Positions 41,990-55,200 of a stretch of 64,000 nt of DNA are shown here, in pieces. Below the pieces are notes generated by a model, which saw only the letters and a program-made list of their open reading frames with translations, was not told where the DNA came from and made no database searches. Both the position numbers and the translations under genes were made by a program. Origin of the DNA: Eledone cirrhosa (Eukaryota). The stretch spans positions 47,740,001 to 47,804,000 of the forward strand of contig OZ024743.1 in NCBI GenBank assembly GCA_964016885.1. Reading direction: 5' to 3'. The first letter of the stretch is position 1. Every line of letters starts with the position of its first letter.

Positions 41990-42060
41990 TAATGACGTAA
42001 ATAAAATGGAAGTCTTCACCGAGAATCGAACCTATTGAACTGTCTTATCCAACCGGAAGT
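41990..42060 (+). promoter_or_regulatory. Putative HSCB promoter: CRE-like TGACGTAA (41993) and ETS ACCGGAAGT (42052)
   Basis: Motif matches about 550-600 bp upstream of the ATG; a splice acceptor near 42563 implies an upstream non-coding exon. Confidence 0.45.
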
Positions 42061-42600
42061 TTATTTATTTACAATGCTCTGTAATGCACATCATGTTGTG
42101 AACAACAACAACAACAACAAAAAAGTTTCTGTTGTGTTAATACAGATGATTATATAAATTTGTTAGATTAAAATCATTGTTTTTATATTTTTAATAAAAA
42201 ATGTTTGGTGATTAAACGGGTTGTTAGGAAGGCAAATATTACGAAATTATGTAATTTCCTTTAATTTATCCAGATCTTTTTAATACTTTCTAATTAATGT
42301 CTTTTAAATTAAATAACTTGGCTACTCTGTAGTTCAATTATTTTCACTTTTAAATTCGTAGTTCTACTATGATGCTCTCTTTAAAATGTATTTACTATAA
42401 TATTCTTTTTTAAATGTATTCATAAACTATTTAATATTATTTCTGTTTATTTAAAGATAAATTAAAAAGATAAATAAATAAAAAATAATCTATTACTTAT
42501 GTTCATCTAAGATGCACGTAGATGTATACCAATATATGTAAATATGAATTAAGTACATTTCAGGTTTTAGAAGCAACCCATTCCTGACTTTCATGCCAGA

Positions 42601-43083
42601 ATGTCCGTCCGTACGACTTCCACCGTTCCGACCTTAACTACTATGTTATACCAATATGTTATGCACTGTCACAAGAAAGCAAGAAGATTCCCAGCTTTGT
42701 TATTGTTTACAAACAATAGTGGAAAGAAATGCTGGTCTTCGTTTGTTAAAAAATGGAACACGTGTGAAGCGTTGACGTTGCGTGTGTCTCTAGCGACTCC
42801 TCCAGCATTAGTTGGAACAGTGTTAAACCAGAAAAAATTGCTCAGTAACCAAATACCCCCCGGCTACGACACTCAATGCTGGAAATGCCATAAAACTAGA
42901 ACTCCGAACAAAGATATTTTCTTCTGTTTTTGTGGTGCCATTCTTTCGCCTTCGAGGAACCTTACGTATTTTCAATTACTAGGACTTGAAGAAGGTTTTG
43001 AAATCGATAATGATTTACTGACACGAAGATATAAAGATTTACAAAGAATCCTGCATCCTGACAAGTTCAGTCAGAAGTCAGAG
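42601..43083 (+). CDS. HSCB: Mitochondrial Fe-S cluster co-chaperone HscB/HSC20, coding exon 1
   Basis: Basic presequence-like N-terminus; CWKC...FFCFCG zinc-binding motif; J-domain YFQLLG...YKDLQRILHPDKF; donor gag|gtatta. Confidence 0.93.
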
Positions 43084-44149
43084 GTATTACTAAACTCTTT
43101 TGATCTTTAATCATTTAGTTTATTTACTTGTGCTGTTATTACGTAATTCAGAAATAATCCCATATATTAAACATTTCCGAACCGGATACAAAATACCGAG
43201 TGTTTTAGACCTATTTAGTATTTAATTTGATCTTCAAACACTATCCATCGTCTTTCTGGACTTAAAAACAATTGATGTCACCTTCGTTTGGTTATCGGTT
43301 AGATAATGAGAATTTATATTCTTGCATTAGCAATCTAGTTCACTAACCTGGCTAATACAGTCGAAGCTGCTTAATATAATCAGATGTCATTAACCTATTA
43401 TTGTCAACAAAATTATTGTTATCGAAAAGAATCCTTCCCAAAGCGATCACAGCGGCTTCCACTAATTGTGTGTGGATGTGTGTATAAGAAAGGCACACTT
43501 TCATTTTTGTTTCCTCCTATGAGACCTTATGTTATAAATCAATGTTTAGCAGAGCTGGCACGTCTGTTACTGTTGTTACATTAATAACGAAATATCTCCG
43601 GAGTTGTCACCGTGTCTCTCAAAAATCAAATTAATACCCATGCTGTATACTCTTTCCTAAATTTAACTGAGATTTCTATGTAGTCAACAATTTTTTTTTT
43701 TTCCTCATTTTAAAATCGTAGTTGTCAACTCTCCCTGTCTTAAGATGACATTGGTTTTTCTTCAATTCAGATAGTTTGTCTTGTGTCCTATTTTCGTATT
43801 CGATTAAAACGAAAGTCAAGTTTTGAAAAACCGAAATGAATCAGTCTAATTACTGTTTAGTGGAACCCCCACCACCGCTAACGTTGCTTTTTTAATAATG
43901 CATATTTTTAAAGGAAATGTTGCTGACACATTTCTCAAGGTGGAGGTTACGATCAAAGTAGAAGGAATTTAAGTGTTAATAGAACTAACTATAAAATACT
44001 CACGCACGACAGACAACACACACATATATATCTCTACCTAAATGATACGAACTCGGACAATGTGGAAGAATGCTTTCTAGCGTGTGGACCCAGCAGACAG
44101 AATGGAAAAAGCATTATCCTGGATGATTCCAACTCGCTCCTGCAGGTGG

Positions 44150-44525
44150 CCAACTCTGCCCCGATAGTTGTGAGTAGGGGGATGATACGGGGACCAAGAA
44201 TGATCTCGTTGGGAGCGGCATGACGTGGGAGGCGACCAGCATTGTGAGGGAAAAACAACGGGTGAGGGTCGAAAGCGTCCACCGTGGAGCCACAGCGGCA
44301 TTTGTATTGCTCGCAGATCCGGGGAAACACCAATGCACAGGCAGTTGTTGTCCAGCACTGCTTGATAGCGATAGTATTGCGTTTAGCTAGGTACCGCTAT
44401 GGGGTTGGAGGCAGAGTGGAAACATGCCAGACGGTGATGGTCAAGCAACCTGCTGTCCAAAGACTTGTCGCACTGGATTGCGTCCCATTTGCATTGGAGG
44501 GGTCTGGACGTAGTAGCAGACCTGC
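44150..44525 (-). mobile_element. Degenerate CRE-like non-LTR fragment (zinc-knuckle region) in the HSCB intron
   Basis: LDNNCLCIGV..KCRCGSTVDAFDPHPL..AGRLPRHAAPNEII resembles the C.CG..VD..G.H.L.C...GR..RH..N motif. Confidence 0.6.
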
Positions 44526-45029
44526 CAACCTCTAAAAACCTAAACAGGAAGTACCATGAAAAAACGTGCCCCCAAAAGGGGAGCAATGAGGCAAAATGGG
44601 GAGATTTTACATGCTGAAAGCTATAACCATTTTCACAAGAGAAGACATCTCTCACCCACCACAAAGTTTTATTACAGTTGTATAAATTTACAGTAGAATA
44701 ACGTTGCAAATATGTCTTAAATATATACATAAATAATATAACAAATGTGTAAATAACACCAAAAATTTCTCGTAACTCGTTCAGAAGGACAAATATGTCT
44801 AAACCGTGTATAATAACACAATAATATAAACTCATGAACAAAAATGATAAAGGAAAGAAAAAAGAAGAAACAAGAAGTGGGTAATGAAGTAAAGACATAA
44901 TACTGAATACTTTCAATCCGTAATTCTAATAGGCAAACATAAACTCGTGCTTTCCAACTTCGTGTTATGAATTGCGAAAAAAACAACAACAAAACTTTAA
45001 ACTTTTTATTTTTATTTCATCATACTATA

Positions 45030-45175
45030 ATAATAATGAAATTATTGTGTACAGTGTTCAGGTGCACTACAACTCATCAAAAGTGCATGTATGGTACATA
45101 GAATAATATACAAATGTCAGCGAAGTGTATGGAGGAGGAATATTAGGTGTAGTGTTGGCGAATCTCAGGAAGCAC
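45030..45175 (-). mobile_element. CR1 3' fragment
   Basis: Matches the family tail. Confidence 0.75.
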
Positions 45176-46642
45176 GGAGCGTAATTTACACTTTCGATAA
45201 TGTATTTGCAAAATGTCATTAAAAGGTATGAATTATTAATAAAGTTACGAGGAAACAAAATCGTAGATAGGAAGGGCACTAACCTAATTATGCCACAGAA
45301 AAAAACAAAATGTATAGTTTCTGTATATGCAATGTTACAATAATTGGGAGTTTCTACATGTAATATGAAGGACATAGGGTGTTAGATGCAGTTGACTGAA
45401 GGCAGAAGCAAATGTTGCCGTATCGAAGTTGCAAACCGTCGTATGAAAGACTTTGTCCCAGTGTGAAATACTGGATTCCACCTGGTAGTCGATTGATATC
45501 TAAAGAGTTGGGAGGGCTTTGTATGGTGGATAATAGAAAATTACTCATGAAGTTGTGAACCATTCTCTTAACTTCGATGACCTTCGTCATAACATTTTTT
45601 TAAATAGTTTTGTCGAGCTACGGGTGTTAGTAAGAGTCGTCTCCCTTAAGTTGTGCCTACTAATCATACCTACATTTTAAAAATCTTTTTGATTCAGAAT
45701 GTTTTTTCATTGGATAATTAGGAAGGAGAAATTGTTTAAGTACTTGATGACAGTTGGTAGAGTAGCAATTGTTAAAATCTATTAATAATTTAACTTCGTT
45801 TGAAATAGACTAATATGTCTCACAGATACAAATGTGCTGTCTTCTCTTTTCGACTCTTTTACAGTTATTACAATGTCCTCATTGTGTCTAGCCTTTTAGA
45901 TCCCACACTAACCATGACACTCAGTCCTTCCTTCTCAGATTATCAGCTCTCTGTAACTCCTGCCCTAGAAGCATGTTATCATCATTATTATCATCACAGG
46001 TCCATTTAGACATGTTAGGAGACTTACTTCAATACAATGCTTTTTTGGCATTGTTTCTATAGTTGGGTCTCCTTCCTGATGCCAACTTCTTTACAGTGTG
46101 TACTCAGTACATTTTACTGCAGCATCATCCTTGAGGAGATTATCATATCTTTGGTAATACTAAAGACTCCTCTCTAACCTTTGTTGCTGCCATTCAAATG
46201 TCAACTATTTTACAGGATATAGTGAATGCATTTTATAATTGCACCAACACTAGAGGTTGCCTTGTTCTAGGGTAAATTTATCAAGAGCAGTGATTAAAAG
46301 GAATAGCTGGGTGTGAGTGGTAGGGGAGAGAGAATGTTGGGATGAATGGAAGGATAATAGACAATGTAATCCCTCTTTACCAATCCATTAACCCTTTAGT
46401 ATTTAAACTGGCTGTATCTGGCCAGAAATCTCTCACTGTTCAAACTGACCATAACTGGCAGTTCATACTGATGTTAAAGTATTGTTCTTAAAATAAATAA
46501 TATCAAAATCCCATAAAGTTGATATGTGAGATAATTATGTGGGGTAAAGCCTTTACCGTGAAAATACAATAGTATATATAGAGTAATGTAAATGTTAAAG
46601 GGTTAAATATCAATATGTCTATATGTTATTTCTGTATTTCAG

Positions 46643-47020
46643 ATGGAAAGAGCATTCTCAGCTGAACAGTCTTCCCTGGTCAACCTTGCATACACCACTC
46701 TGCTGAAACCATTATCTCGTGGTCAGTATCTGTTGGACATTAATGGTAGTTCTCTAGATGAAACCACACAGTGTAATGATTTTGATTTCTTATCAAAAAT
46801 CATGAAAACCAACGAAGATTTGGAGAATATAACTACTGTTGAAGAACTTCGGATTATCGAAGACCTAAATATTCGGAACTTGAATCAGTGTTATGAGATT
46901 TTATCTGAAGCATTTCGGCAAAAGGATTTAGTTGGTGCCAAAGAGGTTATGACAAAGTTGAAATATTTCGCAAATATTGATGATAAAATTAAAGAAATGG
47001 AACTGTATGAAAGCTTATGA
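46643..47020 (+). CDS. HSCB: HscB/HSC20 coding exon 2 (end of J-domain and C-terminal domain)
   Basis: tttcag acceptor, phase 0; SSLVNLAYTTLLKPLSRGQYLL, FLSKIMKTNEDL, AF...DL..AK....KLKYF.NI. Confidence 0.93.
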   Translation: MERAFSAEQSSLVNLAYTTLLKPLSRGQYLLDINGSSLDETTQCNDFDFLSKIMKTNEDLENITTVEELRIIEDLNIRNLNQCYEILSEAFRQKDLVGAKEVMTKLKYFANIDDKIKEMELYESL

Positions 47021-50000
47021 TTAATTTCTTCAATTAGAATGTTAATTGTTATATAGTTTACAAAGGAAGTTTTGTAATTTCAATTACCACAACATCAAGA
47101 TCTTTGTTCAAAATATAGTCTTGTTTTTCCAACTTAAATCACATTTTCAATGTAGGTGTATACACGTATATGTACATATGTATATATGTGTGTGTGTGTA
47201 TCTAAATACACTCAATCACTATTGATTTAACTAAAACTTTTACTAATCATTTGGTAATTCAATACACACATGAAACACACGTCATATATATATATATAAT
47301 TACTACATATAATTAAAAATATATATATGGTATATATTATATAATTCACACAACTTTACACATCTTTTTAATAGATACATTTACACACATACACACTCAT
47401 TAGACTTATACTGTAAAATAAATTTTAGCTAACTCACTTTAGAAATCCTAATAAAATTAATTCATTTTTTTCTAATAGATATATTTATTCACACATACAC
47501 TCATTAGACTGTAAAGTAAATTTTAGCTTACTTTAGAAATTGTAATAAAATTAATAAATTCAATTTCCTTCTAATATCTCATAGTTTACAAATAGTCCAG
47601 TTACTTCATTATTATTCATATTCAATTCTGTGTTTTGGGGAATGGAGAGTATAGTTTGAGAGGAAATTTGGCTGCAGTCAAAGCCACCTTGAAGAGATTT
47701 CTTTGTTGATTCAGTCAGCTCTGATTAATAGTTACTGTGGTTGTGATAGTGATTAGATGATTAATGAACAGGGTTAATGCTCTAGCAGATGTAGTGGAAT
47801 GACAAGACCCCCATCCCCCAAAGTATGTCTTATATAGAGCCCCAAAACTGCAATTCAAGAGTTTTCACACTTTTACATATAGCAAACAAACAAATTACTA
47901 CTGATGGATGATTTAACTAAAATACCAAGAAGAGATAATGAAAGATACAACGTAAATTTGCAAGGAGGCAGGGTGTGTATATTGTATCCTTATATGTCAT
48001 AATCATTTTAACATCAATTTTTTAAAATATTGGCATGGGTTGGACATGTCTTCATAGACTAGACATTTTGCTTACATGTTTCACTTTTAGCATGGTTTCT
48101 ATGATTTGATGCCTTTCCTAATGCTAACCACTTTACTGAGTATACTGGGTGCATTTTATTTTGGCTCCAACATCACCACTTTCCAGTGTGCACTGGGTGC
48201 ATTTTATCTTGACACTAGCACCAGAGAAGTTATGTTCTGCACAGGATTAGAGAGGTTCTCTCAAAACTTTGGTATCAAGAAGTGCATTTGATTGTAAAAA
48301 AGTTCCATCCAACCCATGCCATCATGATAGAGTGGATGTAAAAATGAAAATGATGACAGGCTCTGATTATGTGGACACAATTCCATTTCGCAAAGAGGGT
48401 GTTGAAAATTTGGACCCCAGGAAATAAATATATATTGAATTTAACAGTTTTTGTGTTTTTTGAACGAATATCATAACTCATCCATGAAGTTACTGCTTTG
48501 CTTTGTTCATCTCCATATATTTTGTAACACGTTCTATACATTTTAGAGTATATGTGAATGGACGTTAGTGTCAAATGTAATGGAAGAATTATTATTTTAA
48601 GGAAGGTGATGGATTGGCGAAAACATTAGAACATTGGACAAAATACATTGTGGTATTTGTTCTGGCTCTTTAGGTCTGAGTTCAAATCCTACTGAGGCTG
48701 AGTGGGGTGTGCAAGTTAATGCATGGGTGTGTGTATATGTATATATATATATATGTGTGTGTATATGTATATATATATGCATATATATATGTGTGTGTGT
48801 AGAGTATTTACCACAAATATCTTCATCATCATCTTAGTTTAATGTTCACTTTCCTTGCTAGCAAGGGTTGGACAGGTCATCAGAAGACTGGGTTGGTAAT
48901 CAAAGCGGAGTTACTAACCCAAGGATGAGCCAAGACCCTGCATCCCAGTTATGTTCCTGTGCCTTAATGAGTGCTCAGATGAGATAATTGCCTGCAACTC
49001 GCTTACCTATGATCCCACGCACTACCAATTACATTTACTATGGTGGTAATCAACTGTCAACAGCCCTCTACTATAAAATTGGCCTTCTGTTTCAGTGAAA
49101 CCCAAATCATTGTTATTATTGTACCTATGTTAAAAACAATCGTTATATAAATTTTTTTCAAATAGTGGATAGGTAAGAAGCTACCCTGCTTTACCAACTA
49201 AGCTCGCACAAGACTTAGACATATACACAGCTCATAGGTTTCCTAAACAATTGTCTAACTAGGCACTATTTTGCTGACATTTATACATTAATACATGCAC
49301 CTTTGATGAGGCGTAGTGCACCTGAGCACTGTACACAATGATTTTTATTATTATAGTTTAAATGTAGTGGTTTGGATAAGAACTAAGAGAAAGAGAAGGA
49401 AAGCAGAATAGAAGATTCAACCTTAGTACCGATACTTTATCTATCTGAAAGGATGGAAATTGACTTGAGCAGTATTTGGATGCAGAGCAAAGAGAGCCAG
49501 AACAAAACCCCCACAAATAATTGTTTGCTACTCTAAGGATTCTATCAATTCATGGTCTATTTACAAAATATCATATAGTAGTATTATTATTATTATTATT
49601 AGGGTGGTGGTTTGGCGTATCAGTAGAGCATTAGATCCATGCTTTGCAGCATATAGTTATGGCCCTTTACGTTCGGAGTTCAAATCACGCCGAGGTTAGC
49701 TTTGCCTTTCATCCTTACGGGGTTGATAAAATAAAACACCAATGGGGTAGATTTAATCGACTTCCCCTTCCTTTCAAATTGTTGGCCTTGTGCCTAAAGT
49801 AGAAACAATTATTATTATTTGTTGTTCAAAGGCTTGCCTGATTAATAAATTCATAAGGCCAGATAAAATATTGACTACTGGTGCACGACAATAATGTTGC
49901 ATGCAGGGAAAGGCCAGTAAATATATTGATAGTTAAAAAGACAGTGCTATACATCAGAGTACACTTCCACATACTGGTGTGTATTTATGCAGCTTAGATC

Positions 50001-50127
50001 GTAAGGGCTGCCAAAAGATGTAGGAGACTGGCAGGTTTAAAGAACCATTGTCATAAATGCAATTCCTTTTAATACTCAGTGATAGTCTTCAGACATGATT
50101 GGAGAACCATCATATATATATATATAT

Positions 50128-50240
50128 TATAAAGAATCAGAACCGACGACTGAGCTCTTGCCATTTCAACAGCTAGTTCCAGTCTGGAACTAGCTGTTGA
50201 AATGGCAAGAGCTCAGCTGTTGGGTCCCAACTCTTTATAA
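50128..50240. repeat. Hairpin with perfect 33-bp arms (50150-50182/50184-50216) and a 1-nt loop
   Basis: ctgagctcttgccatttcaacagctagttccag t ctggaactagctgttgaaatggcaagagctcag. Confidence 0.9.
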
Positions 50241-50331
50241 TATAACCATACTCTACTGCCTCAAGTATCGAGTACTCTGTTGAGTAATGATCTAACTAGT
50301 TTCAAACTGAATCCATCCTGATTTGTATATA

Positions 50332-53300
50332 TCATCATCATCATCATCATCACCGTTTTACGTCCGTTCTTCCACGCTAGCATGGGTTAGACGGGTTGTC
50401 CTGTTGTGGGCAGTGTCTGGTCGGCTGACCATGCCTTGCTCATACAGGAACTGATCTGGCTTGATTTCTACAGCTGGATGCCCTTCCTAACACCAACCTC
50501 ATTTACAGTGAGTGCTGGGTGCTTTTTCGTGGCGCCTACACGTCCACTTTACAGTGTGGGCTGGGTGCTTTTTTGCCGTGGCACCTCCACGACCACCTTG
50601 CGGTGGGGGGGGGGGGGGGGGCATATTGTTTATATGCTTCAGCATGTACCCATGGGAGGTCGGGTACCCTGTATTACTGCGTGACGCCAGAAGTCACGGT
50701 CGTGTGTCATTGACTTTGAGAGGTGTAGTTGGGTAAGGTCGGCTTTTATCACCTCATCCCAAGTCATCTTGGGTCTCCCCACTCCGCGGTTTCCATCAAC
50801 TTCTAGTGCTCTGCACCTTTTTATGCAGCTGTCATCCTTCATACGCATCACATGCCCATACCAGCGTAACCGCCTCTCCTGCACGCAGCATTTGATTCCT
50901 CTTATGCTCAGTCTCTCTCTCAATTCATTTATGCTTTGTCGTTCACGTATATTACTGTTACACATCCATCGGAGCATGCAGGCTTCGTTTCTCTCTAATC
51001 TACGTAAGTCTTCCACCTTCAGCGCCCAGGTCTCACTACCATGCAACATCGCTGTTCGGATACACGCATCATACAGTCTGCCTTTCATTCTGAGGGAGAA
51101 GCCTTTTGCAGCTAGCAGTGGTAGTAGTTCCCTAAACTTCTTCCATCCCGTTCTTACCCTAGTTATTGTACTTTCTGAGCACCCACCTCCGTTGCTAATT
51201 CGGTCACCTAGGTAGCAGAAGCTGTCTACTGTTTCTACAGGGCCCTCCCAGAGATTGGTGGTACTTGTTTCCTGTGGCTGTTTGCTTGCTGTTTCAGCAC
51301 AGCTGCTGCATGTGAATCCTACATTCTTAATTAAGCTTCCTGAGATCCCGTTACATCTCTTGTGTACCCATTGTTTGCATTTGGGGCAAAGAATGGAGTT
51401 CCTACCTACACCTTTCCTACATACTGAGCAAGGCCATTTCCCTGAGGGGATCTGGGTTCTGTTTTCTCGTCTACTTATAAGGACCTTAGTCTTTGTCATG
51501 TTGACTTTGAGGCCCTTTCTCTCTAGTCCCTGCTTCCAGGTTTGGAATTTATTCTCTAGTTCTACCATAGATTCAGCTATGAGTGCGAGGTCATCAGCAT
51601 ACAGGAGTTCCCATGGGCATCCGGTCTTAAACTCCTCCGTTATTGCCTGCAGGACTATGATGAACAGGAGAGGGCTAAGAACAGAGCCCTGGTGGACCCC
51701 AACCTGTACGCTAAATTCCTCGCTATACTCATTGCCAATCCTAACTTTGCTGACTGCTCCCCTATACATGGCTTGTACCGCTTTCACAAGCCATTCATCT
51801 ACTCCTAGTTTTCTAAGAGCCCACCAGATTACTGCACGTGGAACTCTGTCAAAGGCTTTCTCAAGGTCGACAAATGCCAAGTAGAGTGGCTTACTTTTAG
51901 CTAGGTACTTTTCCTGTAATTGCCTCACAAGGAAGAGCGCATCAGTGGTGCCTTTCCCTGGAACAAACCCAAATTGCATCTCGTCTATATTCACCCGGTC
52001 CCTAATCAGCTGTGCTATAACTCTTTCTGTTACTTTCATGACCTGGTCCATCAACTTTATACCTCTATAGTTTCCTCTATCTAGTGCATCGCCTTTACCT
52101 TTGTAGCAGTTGACAATGATGCTACTGCACCAATCTTTTGGTATGGCCCCCTCTAGTATTACCTGGTTAACGATACGTGTGGTTATAGTGTGACCTACAG
52201 ACCCAGATGCCTTCAGCATCTCGGCAGCTATACCCGATGGACCGGTTGCCTTCCCTATCTTCATATCTCTGATTGCCTTACTTACTACGCTGCCGCTGAC
52301 TTGTACTGCTGGTCCCTCTATAGGGTCTACGTGGGGTAGGGTCTCTTCTTCCCATGCATTCTCCTCATTTAGTAATCTATCATAATGACTCTTCCATGCA
52401 TCTTTCTTCTCAGCACTTGTGAGGGCAAGCTCACCTTTATCATTCCGGATACACTTCTCTCCAATGACATCACAACTATCTCTGACACACTGCCTCGCAA
52501 TCTTGAATACCTCCTGTTTCTGGTCCTCACGTTGTAAAACATGCTTGAATTTTCTATCCTCTGCTTCCCTCCTAGCTAAGTATACTTGTCGCCTAGCTTC
52601 CCTCTTGGTCTCTATGTAATGTACCCTGCTCCCCCCGTTCTTCCATTCTTTCCATGCCTGTCTCTTGGCCTTGACTGCTTCATCTACCTTATTGTTCCAC
52701 CACCAAGTCACTCTCCTCCTGCTTGAGGTCTTACTCCAGCCACAAACCTCATCCGTCGCCTCTAGTAAGTTATTTTTTAGGAACTCCCAGTTCTCTTCTA
52801 CGTTAAATGTCTCTATCTGTTCTTCTTTACTGTCGTAGGCGTTGAGTAAAATATCTTTAAATCTGTTACTGGTTGAGGGGACTTTCAGCTTCCAGATCTT
52901 TCTTCTCCAGGTTGGCCTCTGTTTCAGGGCTCGTCTAGTTCTGACCGTGAGGTCGCTGACAACTAAGCTATGTTGGGATGTACATTCCTCACTAGGGAAG
53001 GCTTTTGTGTTTACGACCGTCCATCTGTCACGTCCTCTGATGAGGATAAAATCTAACTGACTAGAGTGCTCCCCTGATCTATAGGTGATCAGGTGGTTGT
53101 CGGGTTTTTTAAAGTTTGTGTTACATATCGACATGTCATTGGCGTCGCAGAATTCTAGAAGTCTGAATCCTTCCTCATTCCTTGTGCCAACTCCATGGCC
53201 TCCATGTACTCTATTGAAGCCGTCGCAGTGTTTACCTACGTGTCCGTTAAAATCTCCTGCAATGATTAGGAAGTCCTTGTCGTCTGTTAGAGCAGTAGTG

Positions 53301-53555
53301 TGTATTAGGGACTCGTAAAACCTATCCTTAAGTTCGTCTGGCAGCCCCGATTGGGGTGCGTAAGCTGATATTATTGTGGTAATTGTCTTATTCAGGACTA
53401 GTCTGAGTTTAATGATTCTTGCATTTACCCTGTACACTGAGATTACTTTATCTACCCACTTGTCAGCTAATAGTATACCTACACCACCCATCCCATCGTC
53501 ATTTCCCACCCAGAAAAATTTGTAGCACTGGCTTTTTCCTACAAGGACTCTAGCA
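50332..53555 (-). mobile_element. Young RTE LINE, slightly 5'-truncated, with an uninterrupted EN-RT ORF (50639-53509, 956 aa)
   Basis: APE and RT motifs with no stops; 3' UTR and (GAT)n tail at 50332-50352; 5' end abuts (TA)n. Confidence 0.97.
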
Positions 53556-53579
53556 TATATATATATATATATATATTGT

Positions 53580-54381
53580 TCTTAGGTAAGGCGGGTCTTC
53601 TCTATTACTGTGTAGCACCAAAGGTCTCGGTCCAGTGACATTGCCTTGGAGAGGTGTAAGTGTGTGAGGTCGGAATTTATCAAGTCGTCCCAGGTTTTTC
53701 TAGGTCTGCCTACTCCGTGGCTACCGTCTATTTTTATTGCCCTGCACTTTTTTATACAGCTGTCATCTTTCATGCGCATCACGTGACCATACCAACGTAG
53801 TCTTCTCTCGAGTAAACAACATCTGATCCCTCTTATTTCTAATTTCTCCCTTAGTACGTTTATGCTTTGCCGTTCACGTATGTTACTATTACACATCCAG
53901 CGGAGCATGCAAGCTTCGTTTCTCTCCAGTCTGCGTATATCCTCTGCACACAATGCCCAGGTCTCACTGCCATGTAACATTGCTGTTCGTATGCTTTACC
54001 TAAGTACAAAGTGAAACCTACTACAGTCAGTAGGCACCTCTAACAAAATACACCCCGTCCCACTACCCCCACCCCATCCACACCACCCCTTCAATGTAAA
54101 GTTATGTTGGTGTCACAACATCTAGCCCGAAACAAATGAGGTCGTGTAGGTGTCACGACAAAAAAACACACAGTCCACGCTGTAATGTGGCCGTGTAGGC
54201 AACACGGTAAAAACCTCCAGTTCCACAATGTAAATGTGGTTGGTGTTAGGAAGGGCATCCAGCCGTAGAAAACCCGCCAGACAGTCCTATGCGAGCAATA
54301 CAACCACTCTTGCCTCAAGTGGGAAAACCCCCGTCCAAACCCATGCAAGCGTGGAATATGGACATTAAACGATGATGATGA
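53580..54381 (+). mobile_element. RTE copy with 5' inversion (53580-53994 minus, 53995-54381 plus)
   Basis: ORF end on the minus strand and 3' UTR with tail on the plus strand; family of 20758-22950. Confidence 0.88.
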
Positions 54382-54749
54382 TTGTTCAAATTTTATCTGC
54401 CTATTTATAGCATTTGGAATTTGGAATTCAAATGATATAACTAACCATTAACCAATGCAAGCTTGGAAGGCAGATGTAAATTGATGATGAATATTTTGAG
54501 ATATTTAATTACATATTAGGAGTGTAAACATTTAATATTTCTTGCCTTACTCTTTGTCTGAGAGCAAAGGAAAGGGAGAAATTAGTGGTGTTCCTACTTA
54601 CATAGTTGGCAAGAAATGAAATGGAGTGATGTGCTGAGAGTGGGACATTAGATTCCTCAATAAACTTGTAACCACCTCTCACTTTACTGGCCATCTCTTT
54701 ACATGGCTTCAGCAAATTACTTATCTACACACAATTTTCTTAAGGACCA

Positions 54750-55200
54750 CCAGATAATTAATCATGGAACTTTGTCAAAGGCCTTCTCCAGATCAACGAT
54801 TTCAGCATCTCAGCAACTATCTCTGACAATCCAGCAGTTTTTCCATTTTTCATCTCTCTGATTGCTTCTTTGACTTTGTAATTGTCAGCTTTGATAGCTA
54901 GTCCCTCTGTTATGTCTCTGGGGTAGTTCCTCTTCCTTCCACTCATTTCTGCATTCATCAACCTTTCATAATGTTTCCAAGCCTCTGTCGTCTGAGCAGC
55001 AGTGAGGCAAAGTACACTAATATCATCTTGAAACCACACCTCCCCAACAACATCCCAATTCACACTAACACACTGCTTCGCAATGTGGAACACCTCATGC
55101 CTCTGATCTTCACATCACAGAGCGCTAGCAAACTCCCCTGCTTTTGGCTCTGTACGTTATGTGTTACCTGCTGTCAGGCTTCTCTTTTAGCTACTTGATA
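54750..55200 (-). mobile_element. Degenerate RTE internal fragment
   Basis: FHIAKQCV..DVVGE..EAWKHYERLMN..MKNGKTAGLSEIVAEMLK. Confidence 0.75.

Noticed and set aside
50769-53318. Plus-strand ORFs overlapping the RTE
   Set aside because: Antisense shadows of the RTE coding frame
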